Below are positions 44,840 through 59,800 of a stretch of DNA of 64,000 nucleotides, piece after piece (position 1 is the first letter of the stretch; each line of letters starts with the position of its first letter). This DNA comes from Stegostoma tigrinum (lineage: Eukaryota). Location: NCBI RefSeq assembly GCF_030684315.1, contig NC_081373.1:31721989-31785988 (forward strand), written 5' to 3'. The position numbers and the translations under genes are program-made. A model generated the notes under the pieces. That model was not told where the DNA came from. It was given only the letters and a program-made list of their open reading frames with translations, and searched no databases.

Positions 44840-47800
44840 GTGAGAAAAATAACGGTCGACCCAACCGTCACCGCCCGCGAGACGGGTTTAGAACCCGAGC
44901 GCGCGCAGCCACTGGGGAGGTGGGGAGCACAGAGAGCGGGAGAGACTAGAGGATACAGGAGGTGAATTAGGCCATTCAGTCCATCAAATCTTCTCCAACA
45001 TGGCCGATGTCTTTCTCAATCCCATCCTCTTGCCTTCTGTTCTCCCCATCGCCATCTCCGCCTCAAGAGGTAGCAAGAACTGCAGATGTTGGCGTCAGCG
45101 AAAATACAGCGTGGAGCTGGAGGAATACAGCAGGCCAGGCAGCATCAGAGGAACAACTTTCCGGCTGCCCTGGCTCCCTGTGTTCTTCCAGCTCCACAGT
45201 ATTATCCCCACAATAACCCTTCATCCCCCTTACTAATCAACAACCTATCTGTTTCTTTTCAAGAGTGAGAGAGACTCAGGACGGAAGAGAAATGGATATG
45301 GACACAAGTGGAAAAAGTCAGGGTAGATAAGATGGAGTAGTGGAGATTGGGTGTGTTGAGGGAAATGGGAAATGGGAAAGGGTAGTGGGGCAGAGGAGAG
45401 GGTAAAATTGTATCAGAGATAATGGGAACTGCAGATGCTGGAGAATTCGAGATAACAGAGTGTGGAGCTGGATGAACACAGCAGGCCAAGCAGCATCTCA
45501 GGAGCACAACAGCTGACGTTTTGGGCCAAGGCCCTTCTTCAGAAAAGGGGGAGGGGGAGGCAGATTGAAGAAGGATAGAGGAGAAGATAGGTGGAGAGGA
45601 GACAGACAAGTTAGAAGGGCAGGGATGGAGCCTGTAGAGGTGTGTGCAGGTGGGGAGGTAGGGAATGGATAGGTCAATCTGGGGAGGACGGATAGGCCAA
45701 GGGGGTGGGGTGAGGTTAATAGGTAGGAAATAGAGGTGCGGCTTGAGGTGGGAGGAGGGCATAGGTGAGAGGAAGAACTGGTTAGGGAGGCTGGGATGAG
45801 CTGGGCTGGTTTTGGGATGCAGTGGGGGGGGGGAAGAAGGGAGATTTTCAATCTTGTGAAATCCACATTGATACCATTGGGCTGCAGGGTTTCCAAGCGG
45901 AATATGAGTTGCTGTTCCTGCAACCGTCGGGTGGCGTCGTTGTGGCACTGCAGGAGGCCCCGTATGGACATGTCGTCTGAGGAATGGGAGGGGGAGTTGA
46001 AATGGTTCACGACTGGGCGGTGCAGTTGTTTATTGTGGACCGAGCGTAGGTGTTCTGCAAAGCGGTCCCCATGCCTTCACTTGGTTTCCCTGATGTAGAG
46101 GAGGCCACAACAGGTACAGCGGATGCAGTATACCACATCGGCAGATGTGCAGGTGAACAACTGCTTGATGTGGAAGCCCGCCTTGGGCGTGGGATGGGGG
46201 TGAGGGAGGTGATGTGTGGGCAAGTGTAGCACTTCCTGGGGTTGCAGGGGATAGTGCCGGGCGTGGTAGGGTTGGAGGGGTGTCTGGAGCAGACAAGGGA
46301 GTCACGGAGAGAGTGGTCTCTCCGGAAAGCAGACAAGGGTGGGGATGGAAAAATGTCTTGGTGTTGGGGTCAGATTGTAGATGGTGGAAGTGTTGGAGGG
46401 TGATGCGTTGGATCCGGAGGTTGATCGGGTGGTATCTGAGGACGAGGGGGATTCTCTTTTGGTGGTTATTGCAGGGACGGGATGTGAGGGATGAGTTGCG
46501 GTGAATGCAGGAGGCATGGTCGAGGATATTCTCGAACACTGCGGGGGAAGTTGTGATCCTTGAAGGATGAGTTATGTCTGGGATGTACGGGAGTGGAATG
46601 CCTCATCCTGGGAGCAGATGTGGCGGAGGTGATGGAATTGGGAATAGGGGATGGAATTTTAGCAGGAAGGTGGGTGGGAGGAGGTGTATTCCAGGTAGCT
46701 GTGGGAGTCGGTGGCCTTGAAATGGATATCGGTTTCTAGATGGTTGCCTGAGATGAAGACAGAGAGGTCCAGCAAGGTGAGGGATGTGTTTGGAGATGGT
46801 CCAGGTGAACTTCAAGGACCGCGACTTCCCCTCCGCAGTGGTCAAGAATGCTCTCGACCGTGTCTCCCGCATTTCCCGCAACTCATCTGTGATTCCCTTG
46901 TCTGCTCCACACTCCCCTCCAACCCCACCACACCTGGCACTTTCCCCTGCAACTGCGGGAAGTGCTACACTTGCCCACACACCACCTCCCTCAACCCCAT
47001 CCCATGCTCCAAGAAGACCTTCCACATCAAGCAGATGTTCACCTGCACATCTGCCGATGTGGTATACTGCATTTGCTGTACCTGTTGTGGCCACCTCTAC
47101 ATCAGGTAAACTAAGTGGAGGCTTGGGGACTGCTTTGCAGAACACCTATACTTGGTCTGCAATAAACAACAGCACCTCCCAGTCACGAACCATTTCAACT
47201 ACCCCCCCCTTTCATTCCTCAGACAACATGTCCATCCTGGGCCTCCTACAGTGCCACAACAATGCCACCCGAAGGTTGCAGGAACAGCAACTCGTATTCC
47301 GCCTGGGAACCCTGTAACCCAATTGTGTCAATGTGGATTTCACAAGCTTCAGAATCTCTCCACCCTCCCCCCTCACCACCACTGCATCCCAAAACTAGCC
47401 CAGCTCGTCCCCACCTCCCTAACCTGTTAGACCATAAGGCCATAAGACATAGGAGTGGAAGTGAGGCCATTCAGCCCATCAAGTCCACTCCGCCATTTAA
47501 ATCATGGCTGATGGGCATTTCAACACCACTTCCCTGCACTACCCCCCGTAGCCCTTGATTCCTTTTGAGATCAAGAATTTGTCGATCTCTGCCTTGAAGG
47601 CATCCAACGCCCCTGCCTCCACTGCACTCTGCGGCAATGAATTCCACAAGCCCACCACTCTCTGGCTGAAGAAATGTCGTCTCATTTCAGTTTTAAATTT
47701 ACCCCCTCTAATTTTAAGGCTATGCCCACGGGTCCTAGTCTCCCTGCCTAACGGAAACAACTTCCTAGCGTCCACCCCTTCTAAACCATACATTATCTTG

Positions 47801-50800
47801 TAAGTTTCTATTAGATCTCCCCTCAACCTTCTAAACTCTAATGAGTACAATCCCAGGATCCTTAGCCGTTCATCATACGTTAAACCTACCATTCCAGGGA
47901 TCATCGCTGTGAATCTCCGCTGGACACCCTCCAGGGCTAATATGTTCTTCCTGAGGTGTGTGGCCCAAAATTGGACACAGTATTCTAAATGGGGCCTAAC
48001 TAGAGCCTTACAAAGCCTCAGAAGCACATCGCTGCTTTTATATTCCAACCCTCTTGAGATAAACAACAACATTACATTCACTTTCTTAATTACGGACTCT
48101 ACCTGCAAGTTAACCTTTAGAGAATCCTGGACCAACACTCCCAGATCCCTTTTGCACTTCTGATCTGCGAATTTTCTCACCGTTTAAATTGCCTGTATTT
48201 TTTTTTTCCAAAGTGCAAAACCCCACATTTACTCACATTGAATTTCATCAGCCATTTCCTGGACCACTCTCCTAAACTGTCTAAGTCTTTCTGCAGCTTC
48301 CCCACCTCCTCAGTACTACCTGCCCGTCCACCTATCTTCGTATCATCAGCAAACTTCGCCAGAATGCCCCCAGTCCCTTCATCCAGATCATTAATATACA
48401 AGGTGAACAGCTGTGGCCCCAACACTGAACCCTGCGCGACACCACTCGTCACCGATTGCCGTTCCGAAAAAGACCCTTTTATCCCAACTCTCTGCCTTCT
48501 GTCAGACAGCCAATCCTCAATCCAAGCCAGTAGCTCACCTTGAACACCATGGGCCCTCACCTTGCTCAGCAGCCTCCCGTGAGGCACTGTATCAAAGGCC
48601 TTTTGGAAGTCTAGATAGATAACATCTACTGGGTTTCCCTGGTCTAACATACTTGTTACCTCTTCAAAGAATTCTCACAGGTTTGTCAGGCATGACCTCC
48701 CCTTACTAAAACCATGCTGACATGTTTTAATCTGACCCTGCACTTCCAGGAATTTAGAAATCTCATCCTTGACAATGAATTCTAGAATTTTACCAACTAT
48801 TGAGGTTAAGCTAATCGGCCTATAATTTTCCATCTTTTGCCTTGATCCTTTCTTAAACAAGGGAGTTACAACAGTAGTTTTCCAATCATCTGGGACTTTC
48901 CCTGACTCCAGTGATTTTTGAAAGATCACGACCAAAGCCTCCGCTATTTCCTCAGCCACGTCCCTCAGAACTCTGGGATGCAGCCCATTGGGGCCAGGAG
49001 ATTTATCAATTTTTAGCTTTTCTAGCACTTTCTCGTTTGTAATGCCTACCATACTCAACTCTGCCCCCTGGCTCTCCCTAATTGTTGGCATACTACTCAT
49101 GTCTTCCACTGTGAAGACTGATGCGAAGTATTTATTAAGTTCTTCAGCTATTTCCTTATCTCCCATCACTAGCCTTCCTGCATCAATTTGGAGCGGGCCA
49201 ATATCTACTTTTGCCTCTTGTTTGTTTCTTATGTATTGAAAGAAGCTTTTACTATCATTTCTAATATTACTAGCTAGCTTACCTTCATATTTGATCTTCT
49301 CCTTCCTTATTGCTCTCTTTGTTATCCTCTGTCTGTTTTTGTAGCTTTCCCAACCTTCTGATTTCCCAGTGCTCTTGGCCACTTTATAGGCTGTCTCTTT
49401 TTCTTTGACATATCTCCTGACTTCCTTTGTCAGCCATGGCTGTCTAAGCCCACCCCGGATAATCTTTCTTTTCTTTGGGATGAACCTCTGTACTGTGTCC
49501 TCAATTACACCCAGAAATTCCTGCCATTGTTGGTCTACTGCCTTCCTTGCTAGGCTCTGCTTCTAGTCGATTTTCATCAATTCCTCTCTCATGCCCCTGT
49601 AATTACCTTTATTTAACTGTAACACCATTACATCCGATTTTGCCTTCTCTCTTTCACACTGCAGATTGAACTCTACCATATTATGATCGCTGCCTCCGAA
49701 GTGTTCCCTTACTTTAAGGTCTTTTATAAAGTCTGGCTCATTACATAGCAGTAAGTCCAGAATAGCCTGCTCCCTTGTGGGCTCCATCACAAGCTGTTCC
49801 CAAAAGCCATCCTGCAAACATACCATGCATTCTCTTTCTTTGGATCCACCAGCAGCATTATTCACCCAATCCACCTGCATATTGAAGTCCCCCATGATCA
49901 CCGTGACCTTGCCTTTCTGACATGCCCTATTTATTTCTCGGTGCATCTTGCGACCCTTGTCCTGATCACTGTTAGGAGGTCTATACATAACTCCCATTAT
50001 AGTTTTTTTTTGCTTTTGTGGTTCTCAATTCCACCCACACAGACTCCACATATACTGACCCTCTGTCATTCAGTGCCATAGATTTAATTCCATTCTTAAC
50101 TAACAATGCAACCCCACCCCCTCTGCCCACCTCCCTGTCTTTTCGATATGTTGTGAATCCTTGGATGTTTAACTGCCAGTCCTGAGCTCCCTGCAACCTT
50201 GTGTCTGTGATGCCTATCACATCATAATCATTCAAGAGGATTTGTGCTGTTAATTCATCTACTTTGTTGTGAATACCGAGAGCATTTAGATAAAGTGTCT
50301 TAATGCTAGCTTTCTTATCATTATTAGAGAGGTTGGAAATCCCAAAGTGTCTTAAGCTATCCTTCCTTTTTGCTGTATTCCTAGTCTGCCTCGAGCTTAA
50401 ATCCACCTGTACGCATGCTATCCTGTTGCTTATCTTTTCACTTAACTCCATACTCCCTCTCTCTTTCACTTTCCTTTCCCCCCGACTCACTAGTTTAAAG
50501 TCCTACTGACCACCCTATTTATCCTTTTCGCTAGAATGTTCTTCCTCTCACTTATGCCCTCCTCCCACTTCAAGCTGCAACTCCATTTCCTACCTACTAA
50601 CTTCATCCCGCCCCCTTGACCTGTCCGTCCTCCCCGGACTGACCTATCCCATCCCTACCTCCCCACTCTCTAAACTCACCTCTAGAGGCTTCATTCCCGC
50701 CCCTTTAACCTGTCTGTCTCCTCTCCACCTATCTTCTCCTCTATCCATCTTCGATCTGCCTCCCCCTCTCTCCCTATTTATTTCAAAACCCTCTCCCCCT

Positions 50801-53800
50801 CCCCCTTTTCTGATGAAGGATCTAGGCCTGAAACGGCAGCTTTTGTGCTCCTAAGATGCTGCTTGGCCTGCTGTGTTCATCCAGCTTCACACTTTATTAT
50901 CTCGGAGGAGCAGATAGTTGCGCAGTGGGCAAAAGTTGGAGGATGATAAGAAAGGGAAGAAGTTGGAGGGAAGGGGACAAGAAATTGGCGGAAGGGTTGA
51001 AGGGGAGGGGACAAGGAAGGTGAGAGAGCCCAATTGATTTGGACCACCTCCGCCTTAATCACTCAATTCACCATCTCTGTGTTGCAAAATACACTGCAGC
51101 CATTCACCAAGGTTCCTTCTCAACTTCCCAAACTCATTTGCCAAATTGGTTGCATTTCCAAGTTGCTTGTGTTGAAAATATGTATTCATTCTTTTACTGT
51201 CACTATGGTAAATACTAGAGGCCCCTATGTAACCGCAGTGGTGCAAGGTGGCATCTTGCCGCCATCTTGGTAATTGCAGATGGGTTAAACGATACTGACT
51301 TTGCTGCTGGTGTCCCACCCTCTATGGTGTTAATGCCTGCATATGTTTACAAATATTTCTGTTCTGCAGGAAGTGCAAGTAGATTTTGAAGCGCATGCCA
51401 TATCTGACAATGATCATAATGGAATCAAGAGACTGTTGCAACAGGTAACTTTGAAAATGTGAGATTTTTTTAGGTGTAGGTTTTGTGTGGCTAATTTAGT
51501 GCCAATTTACAACAGTTGTAATGCTGCATTTCATTGTTTTTCCTTTTGCAGTTATTTCTCAAGGCCAGTATCAACATCATTGAACTAGCTAACATCATAA
51601 TTCAACAAAATCATGTTGGAAGTGTTATTCGGGTATGTCAACTGAGTTGGCTTTGTTCTTAAGTACTATCACAGAGTACCTGATCAAAACTGAGAAAGAT
51701 AATAATAGCTTTTTTCCCTGCTTGATCTTCATATTTTTAAAATAGATTTTTGAGCTTGAAAATTGAGCTTAAAGTTGCAAATAAATTTGGTTTGTCATTT
51801 GGTCAAATTAGCTCATAAAAATTGCAGATTCTGATACAGAGTCTGGTTAGGCATGTTTTGATAATTCCAGATTATTCTGCAATGTTTCATGTATTTCATA
51901 TGATTTAACCAACATAAACATGAGACCTATGCAAAGATGCTGTTGTATGAGCAGATGGCATTAGTATCCCTGCGATGACTTCCTTATGAAATGCAACTAT
52001 TATTTGTAAACTTGTTTCAGAGTTGAGTTTGTACAGCAATTGGTACTGTTCAAGGTATGTAGTTAGCATGATTGCCTACATGTGAAAGTTATATTCTCCT
52101 CCAACATGTAGTGAAGGCAATCCTGTTACTGCTACTTATGAAATTTTATAGCTATCTTCTCAGGCCAGTTATCCAAGGAGAATAGTTTGTTGGTAATTTG
52201 AAGTAGTGCTCCTTTCACTCGGGGGTCAAAACATCACAACAAAAAATGTTGGAGTACAAAGCAAGTCAGTGATCTGAAGAAGAAAATTGGATTAATGTTT
52301 TTGCCCTGACAGTTATGTTCATAATAATGATGTTGGAATGTGCTACTGGAAGTATCTTAAAAAATTAAGATGAGAATGGTCTGGCGACATCTGTGGAGGA
52401 GAAAACAGAGTTAACGTTTTGGACTTGGTGACCCTTCCTCAGAACTCAGAACAGTTCTAGGCGGTATGGTCACCGGAACCAAAACATTAACTCTGTTTTC
52501 TCCTCCACAGATGCTGCCAGACCTGCAGAGCTTTTCCAGCAACTTTGTTTTTGTTCCTGATTTACAGCATCGGCAGTTCTTTTGGCTTTTAAGATGAGAA
52601 CGGTTCTTGATTTACTAATCTGACTGCTTGATATTATTAACACACTTTGCACTGTTTGGTGCCATGTGAATCATATTCATAGTATGCTTCATATTTGATA
52701 TTAGAGAAATTTGAAAGTCAGTGAAGTGTCTTGGGTTCAAAAGAGAAACTGGATGTACTTATTCTGAAGTACTCCTAGGTATTAAATGGAAATAAGACTT
52801 GTATGAATTGTTTAGCTTGAATTTATGCTTCACTGCATTGTATAGATTAATCCTTTTATATTTTAAAGCAAGCTGAGATATTGGATGGAAGTAATGAAGA
52901 AGATGACGAAGATGACATCTTTGGGTTCATCACTGCTATAAATCTGACTGAAAGAAAGGTAAATACGCCATTCTTAACTGAGTTTGTAAATTGCTTTATT
53001 TGTGTTTGAATTTACATGCAACTGATTTCTAATATAGAAATTAAGCTGGTTATTGTATGTTTTCTTCGACTGTTTTGAAAATCGTCTTTAGGACCAGTGC
53101 ATTTAATAGTGATTAAATACTGCAACTAATCTCTACATTTATGTTAATATCAGTTGTTGAAATCGGAATCCTTGGCATTTTTCCCTGAAGAAGGGAAGTA
53201 GTCGGGTTCACCACCTTTTGAAGCAGGCAAACCACTCTTAAATTTTTCCAAGCATTTTTGGAAATAAGAATTATGCCAGATGGCTAGAGAGTGACAAATG
53301 TTATGTCCCTGTTCAAAATTGAAAAGGGTAGGGCAATAAATTATTGGTCATTTGGTTTCATGGTCATTCTGGGTTAACTTCTAGAATTTGTTAGTTATGA
53401 CTAGAAATATGGCAGTGAGCCGCAAATATGTGAATTAGCAGGACAAGTGCACTCAGCCCCCTGAGCCTCCTTTGCTATTCAGTAATGGTTGATCTGATTA
53501 CTGTACATTCCCAGCCATCCTTGAATTCTTGTGCACGAGCAAATTGAGAATAGTCAACAGATTTGTAAACACAGGTAATGCTTAAACAATGAGAATGAAG
53601 TTGATAGATATGTAAGTTTTGCCATCTAAAACATGGTGTATATATAGAAATGCTCAAGAAAGATCTAAGAAAAGGGTAAATGGATTTTATTTTAACTTAC
53701 TGAATAGTGATGCTCCCTAGGAGCTGCTGCAGGAATTTTTTTGTTGTTCTCTTTTACAGATTTTAAATATGTATTTGGGAATTATCAAAATTTTGCCAAA

Positions 53801-56800
53801 TATCAGTTGGCAAAGTGTGAGGAAGAAATTGTAATAAGATATAGTTCGGTGAAGTGACATGCATTTCTTTATTATTTATTCATAGGAGTTGGTATTGCTG
53901 TTTAGCCAGTATTTATTGTCCAACCCTAATTGCCCTGGAGAAAGTGGTGGTGAGTTGCCTTCTTGTAGTTAATGGAGCGTAGGTACACCTGCTGTGCTGT
54001 TAGAAAGGTAGTGCCAGAATCTTGATCCAGCAACAGTGAAGGAGCAGCAATATATTTCGAAGTTGGGATGGTGAGTGGAAGGGGAAATTGCAATTGATGT
54101 TCTCATTTTTTTTCGTTCTAGGTTGCAAAGTTTGTGGGTTTGGAAAATGCTGTTGGTGGAGCTTTGCTGAGTTATTGCAGTCCATCTTGTAGATGGTACA
54201 CACTGCTGCAGTTGTGCGTTGGTGATGAAGGGAGTGAATACCAAATGTGTTGAATGAGGCGTTAGTAAAATAGGTTGCTTTGTCCTGGATGATGTCAAAC
54301 TTCTTAAATGATTTTGGAGTTGCACCCCTCAAAGCAAGTGAAGATTAACATTCCTGCTCCTGGGTTGTGTATTGTATATGGTGAGTTGGCCTTGGAAAAT
54401 CAGGAGATGAGTTACTTGCTGCAGGATTCTTAGCCTTCAATTTGCTGTTGTGGCCGCTGTATTTACATTGCTAGTCCAGTTTACTTTTCTGGTCAATGGT
54501 AATCTCAGGGTGTTGATAATCGGAGATTCAGTGATGGCAAAACCATTGAATGTTCAGGAAATGGTTGTTAGATTCTCTTTTGTTGGGGATGGTTATTGCC
54601 TGGCATTTGTGTGGCATGGATATTGACACAAAGCCCAAATGTAATCTGGCTGATATGGATGTGGACTGCTTTAATATCTTGGAGTTGCAAATAGTGTTTG
54701 CCATCATTCAGTTCTTAGTGTACTCCTTGCTGCCATACTCAGTCAAATGTTATGTTGACAAGGGCAGTTACTATCACATCACTGGAGTTCAGCCCTTTTA
54801 TCCAAGTTTAGACCAAGACTGCAGTGAGGCCAGAAGTTGTGATACTAGGTATCAGTGATCAGGTCACTTCTTTTATAGCACTGTCAATGCTCCTCTCATC
54901 ACTTTTCTGATCAAGGATACTGATATGGCAGTAATTGGCCAGGCCATATTTGTTTTCTATGTTCAGGACAAACGTGGCCATATTTCCATTGTCAGTAGAT
55001 TAAAAATGTTTATAGTTGTGCTGGAAAGCTAGTTCTGAAGAGCAATCCTTCAGTACTGTGGCTATCAAATGTGTATCCAGTGTCTTCAACTACTTTTTAA
55101 TATAATGTGGAGTGAATTGAATTGTTTTAAGATTTTACATTTGTGTTGCTGGGGACCTCTGAAGGAGGCTGAAATGGATCATCCACTTGATTAGTGGATA
55201 TGCAGGATTGTGAAAGTTACAGACTTTGTTTGAAGACAACAGGTAGTAATCACCATGAGGTTTCATTTCCCATATTTGACTTGAGATATCATGAGGTCTT
55301 GAGAGCTCTTGCTTGGCTATATACCACTGTCCCATCATCTTTACTTGGTCTCTCCTGCTGTTGGGACAGGATATAGCCAGAAGTTGTGGCGATAGCGTCT
55401 GCACTGTTGTCCCTAGGCTATAATTCTGTGAACATAGTTTCAGGCTGCTGTTGCACATCTATTGAAACAGCACTCCTAATTTTGGCACAAGCTCCCAGAT
55501 GATGTAGGGGAGGATTTTGTAGGGTCAACAGGGCTGTTCACAACTGTCATTTTCAGTTCCTAGATTAGTGTCACATGGTATGTCAATTTCATCATTTTGA
55601 TTGGACATCATGGAAGCTTGCTACAATGGAGTGGCATTTGAGGACACTTCAGAGGATTGTTAAAAGTTAATCACTTTGCTGTGGGTCTGGAGTCACATGC
55701 AGCCCAAATGTCATAAGGAAGATTCCGTTTCCTAAAGGGCATTAGTGAAACACTTCATTGAATGTGATGTGTTAATTTTGAGAATAAGAACTGTGCATAC
55801 AGCAACACTATTTGAATGGTCAGATTCTCAGTAATTAGAAGAGGAGTGATAATCATTGTGAGTCTTTTAATGACAATGCATGTTGAGTTTGATTAAAATT
55901 AATTTGCTTTTTTTAAAAATGTAATTCTCAGTTTTGAACACCAAGGCGTTGGACAGAAAAATAAGGAAGTGATGCTGATTTTTGAAATAGGTCTTAATAA
56001 TCACCCATTAAAAGTTCTCCTACAATTCTGGGCCCCCTCATCAGAAACATATTAGACATTCATAGAAAAAGTACTGAGGCTTGACTGAAATGATCTGGAA
56101 TTAAAACATTAAAGATGAAGATTGAAGTCGAATCCAGTGTAAGGTTTCAAAACTTTGAAAGATACTGATCAAAATTAGTGAAAGTTAGGATCTACTGTTT
56201 GACAAATATAATAAGAGACCACAGATTCAGATCATTACCTGATTTAATAAAGAGGTTTAAAAAAAATTTTAATAGTAGGCATTTCAAATATGGAATGTTT
56301 TTTCAAAAGTCACTTTAAAGGCAATGATTAAACATAATCTTAAATAGTTTTATCTTTAAGGTAGAAGTTGAACTGTATCTTAAGGCAAAGCTTTAATGCA
56401 AATTGAATCTTTGTAGTTTGATATCAAAATCTTCTAATGGGCCTAAAATGTTTGTAGTTCTTCAGTGTCTTTGGGCATGTGGTAATTTTGCTTCCTCATT
56501 TAGCTGTTTTTGACCCTGACTTTATATAAGCACCTGCTTTTGTGCTTGCGATTTTGGTTTCATACTGACTCTATGGCACAATAGATGTAAATTCCTATCA
56601 TACATATTAACAAACCTGGAGTTTGTTGCAAGTCAAAAGGAAGCGGTTTTATGAAGCCCAAGGTCGTCAACAAGCAAGTTCATAAGTTAACTATTGGAAA
56701 CTTAAACTGTCATTGCAATGAAGAAATAACGTGAGTGCAGGAATAAATGAACAGTTAGGCTTGAGGAAACAATGGGAAGTGGAGTGAGAATTGAGGACAA

Positions 56801-59800
56801 TTTGGAGAAAACTGTATGAAGGAGTAAGATAGATGCACTGAATATTTCATTTATATTAATTTTCTTTATTACATCTGTGTAATTAGGTAATTTTTCCTTT
56901 TTAAATATGTTGAGATAATACACTTTTTACCAGTGTAAAGTACAACTAGCATGAGAAACCACATCTATATTTTTCTGTAATTTGGAACAATGTCATGAAA
57001 TAAAAACAAAGTTCTGGAGAAAACTTAAGTTGTAAAGTGGAATCTTATTAGACTGAACATTTAACTGTTGCTCTGTTCACTGCTGCCAAACTGGAGATTC
57101 TCCAGTGTTCTTTTTTGTTTTCATTTTAGATCTCTGGCATCTATTGTGGTTTACTTTAGTTAAGAATGGCATGGTATGCTTTAAGCATCAGCTCATTAAC
57201 TGAAGAGAAATTCAACGGTAGCAGGTCGATATACAGTATTCATTAGAAGCAGTTATGCAACCATATAGAAAGATATTATAATTAAAAGTGCATCTAATCA
57301 AATTGATTTAAGTTCATTTGTGGGTAGGATTTACTTGAGCTTGCATGAGTTGGGTAAGTTTTTGAATTTAAATAAATAAAAAGCAAAAATAAATAATATT
57401 TCTCTTCATACAGATTTCCTTAATAGTTTTCAAAATAAACTTGTTTTTCCTTCAATTTGACAGTGACAATAAAATTTTCAAACCACTAGATATTGAATAA
57501 TAGCTGCTTTGCTGTTATAGCCTGTTTCAGTAGCATCAATGATATATTTGTGAGCTTATCTGAAAAGTGTGTACTTTTTTTGCTACTTTTTTATATCATT
57601 GTGAATTAATTTTATGTTGAGGCACAGTGTAAATCAGTATGGCTAACTGATTTATTTCTGTGATCTTTTAGGGAATGGAGCCTGTTGAGCAGATTAAAGA
57701 ATTGGTTCTGAGCCAGTGCGAGACTCACCACCAGGGTACAGCTGAGCAGCTGGACAAAATACTAAATGACAACAGCAAGCCAGTGAGCTTTCTCATCAGT
57801 GAACGCTTCATCAATGTGCCACCACAGATCTCTCTGCCCTTACACAAACAACTCCAGTAAGTACCTCATGCTGAGCTATTGTTGTTATAAAAGGCTTGTT
57901 TGTGAATAATCCAAGGTCAGGGTGGGGTTGTTGGCAGAAACATGTTGAGTTTCTAATCCAGTGACACAAATTAGTACAATAAAGTTGGTTAAAAGTTCCA
58001 CTTAAACAAGATGAAGCCCTCATTAACTGACAAAGTATTAGTTCATATTTGGAGTAAACGGTCAAAAAAATTGTTGCTCACTGCATACACTTGTAATCAT
58101 ACTTGCTAGTATATTATGCATTCCATAAAAGGCTGTAGGCAGATACGACCAGTGTGGACAGCTTAAATCTACAGTTTGAACTTGCATTAATGAAAAATAC
58201 TCTTTCGAAGGCCTTTTCGACAAGTAGAACGGGGGTTGGTCTTAGAACCCTATAAGCAATCATGGCTGACCTGTAGCCTAATTCAATATACCCACCATTG
58301 TCTCATGCCTCTCGTAGATTCTTTTTAACCAAAGTCTGAACTGATTTTAAAATTGGTATCCCCTTGGGAGTGTGGAAGGCACTTGCCCAGGAATACAGTC
58401 CATGAGAAGAATCTGTGCAGGGAATGTTTTAATGTAGGGAGATTGTTGCACAGTAGCTGTCACACTGTTCTGATTTCCCGACCCTGTGCCAGAGACACAT
58501 CAGAAGAATTTATAGGTTAATAATGAACCTGTTTATTATGGATGCATCTTCCTTTACCATCAGTTCATGGGCTGACACTTGAATCATGGTTTACTGGCTC
58601 AGAGCCATTGATGTTACCCACTAAGCCACGACACCACAAGCAGTGGAAAATAGTTTTTCTTCATCTAACTTATCTGTTGCCCTTAATGTCTTTTAAAACT
58701 ATGATGACATCATATTTTAACCATCTAAATTTTAGGGAATACAGCCCGGGTTTGTGTAGTCTTTTCCCTTAATTGAATGTTATCCATTTAATTCTGTTCA
58801 AAGCCAGTATCTCCTTAAAGTCTGCTTAAGGATTCTTGTGGCCCAGTCATACCCTCCCAACCTCTGCACCGGGAGACTGAGATTCAAGTCCCAGAGGGCA
58901 CTTAACAACGTCTCTGCACAAGCTGATCAGACAATATCTATCCTTAGTGTGTTGCCCAGAACTGTTCAAGGTATTGGAGGTGTGGTCGGTCTCTCTGGAT
59001 TTTCAAAAGCCCAAAAACCTATTAGCTAACGTTACTGCTGTTGAGTTGATCGAAGGCTGAAGATGAAGGAGAACATAATTTTTTGAACCATAATGGAGTT
59101 GATTGTTGTTTATCTGCACGGTAACGCTAATTACTTGGCAAACTGAAGCATAATCCTTCTACTTTAACATACTGCCGACATGGAATTTTTCATATTTTGA
59201 TTTCAATACTATTTTGAATATATTTAGGACTGAATTGATGGATGCCCGCAAGACCAATAAATCTTGTGGCAAGAGTCATTATTACCTTATGATCAGCAAG
59301 ACCTGTATGGAAGCGGGAAAAAAAAAAGTGCCACAACAAAAGGGCAAAGTGAAAGAAGAATTAAGGTTTATAAATGCAGAAGAGGAATTCTTTTATGAGG
59401 TGAGTTTCTTCCACCCTCATCCCCAAAAAAATATACAGCAAACTTTTTATTAACTGCCACCTATGTGTCCACCAGCAGTGGGCCAGTTGATCAATAGGTT
59501 CACATAGTCAATGTAAAAACAGACACTAAATCATAGAAATGTAATGCAGAGATATATATATATGACTGTTAAACTTTACTTACAGAGTAAATCACTTAAA
59601 TAATGTAACTTTGCCTTAAATAAAACTTAACTCAGCGAGCCATTTCACTTGCACCCTCCACTGACTACTCAGACATCGCTGAGATTGTGATCATATAGTA
59701 AAATTCTGGTATGTCAGATATCTAACTTCTTGCCAGTTTATTGAGAATACTGGTTATTAAAATGCTGGTCAAAACAGATTGCTGTATTTGGTATGATATC

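Noticed and set aside
44840-44965. Extension of the BCCIP exon 1 ORF to 80 aa
   Set aside because: Read-through into intron 1 past the GTGAGA donor; splicing at 44839 gives the in-frame conserved exon 2
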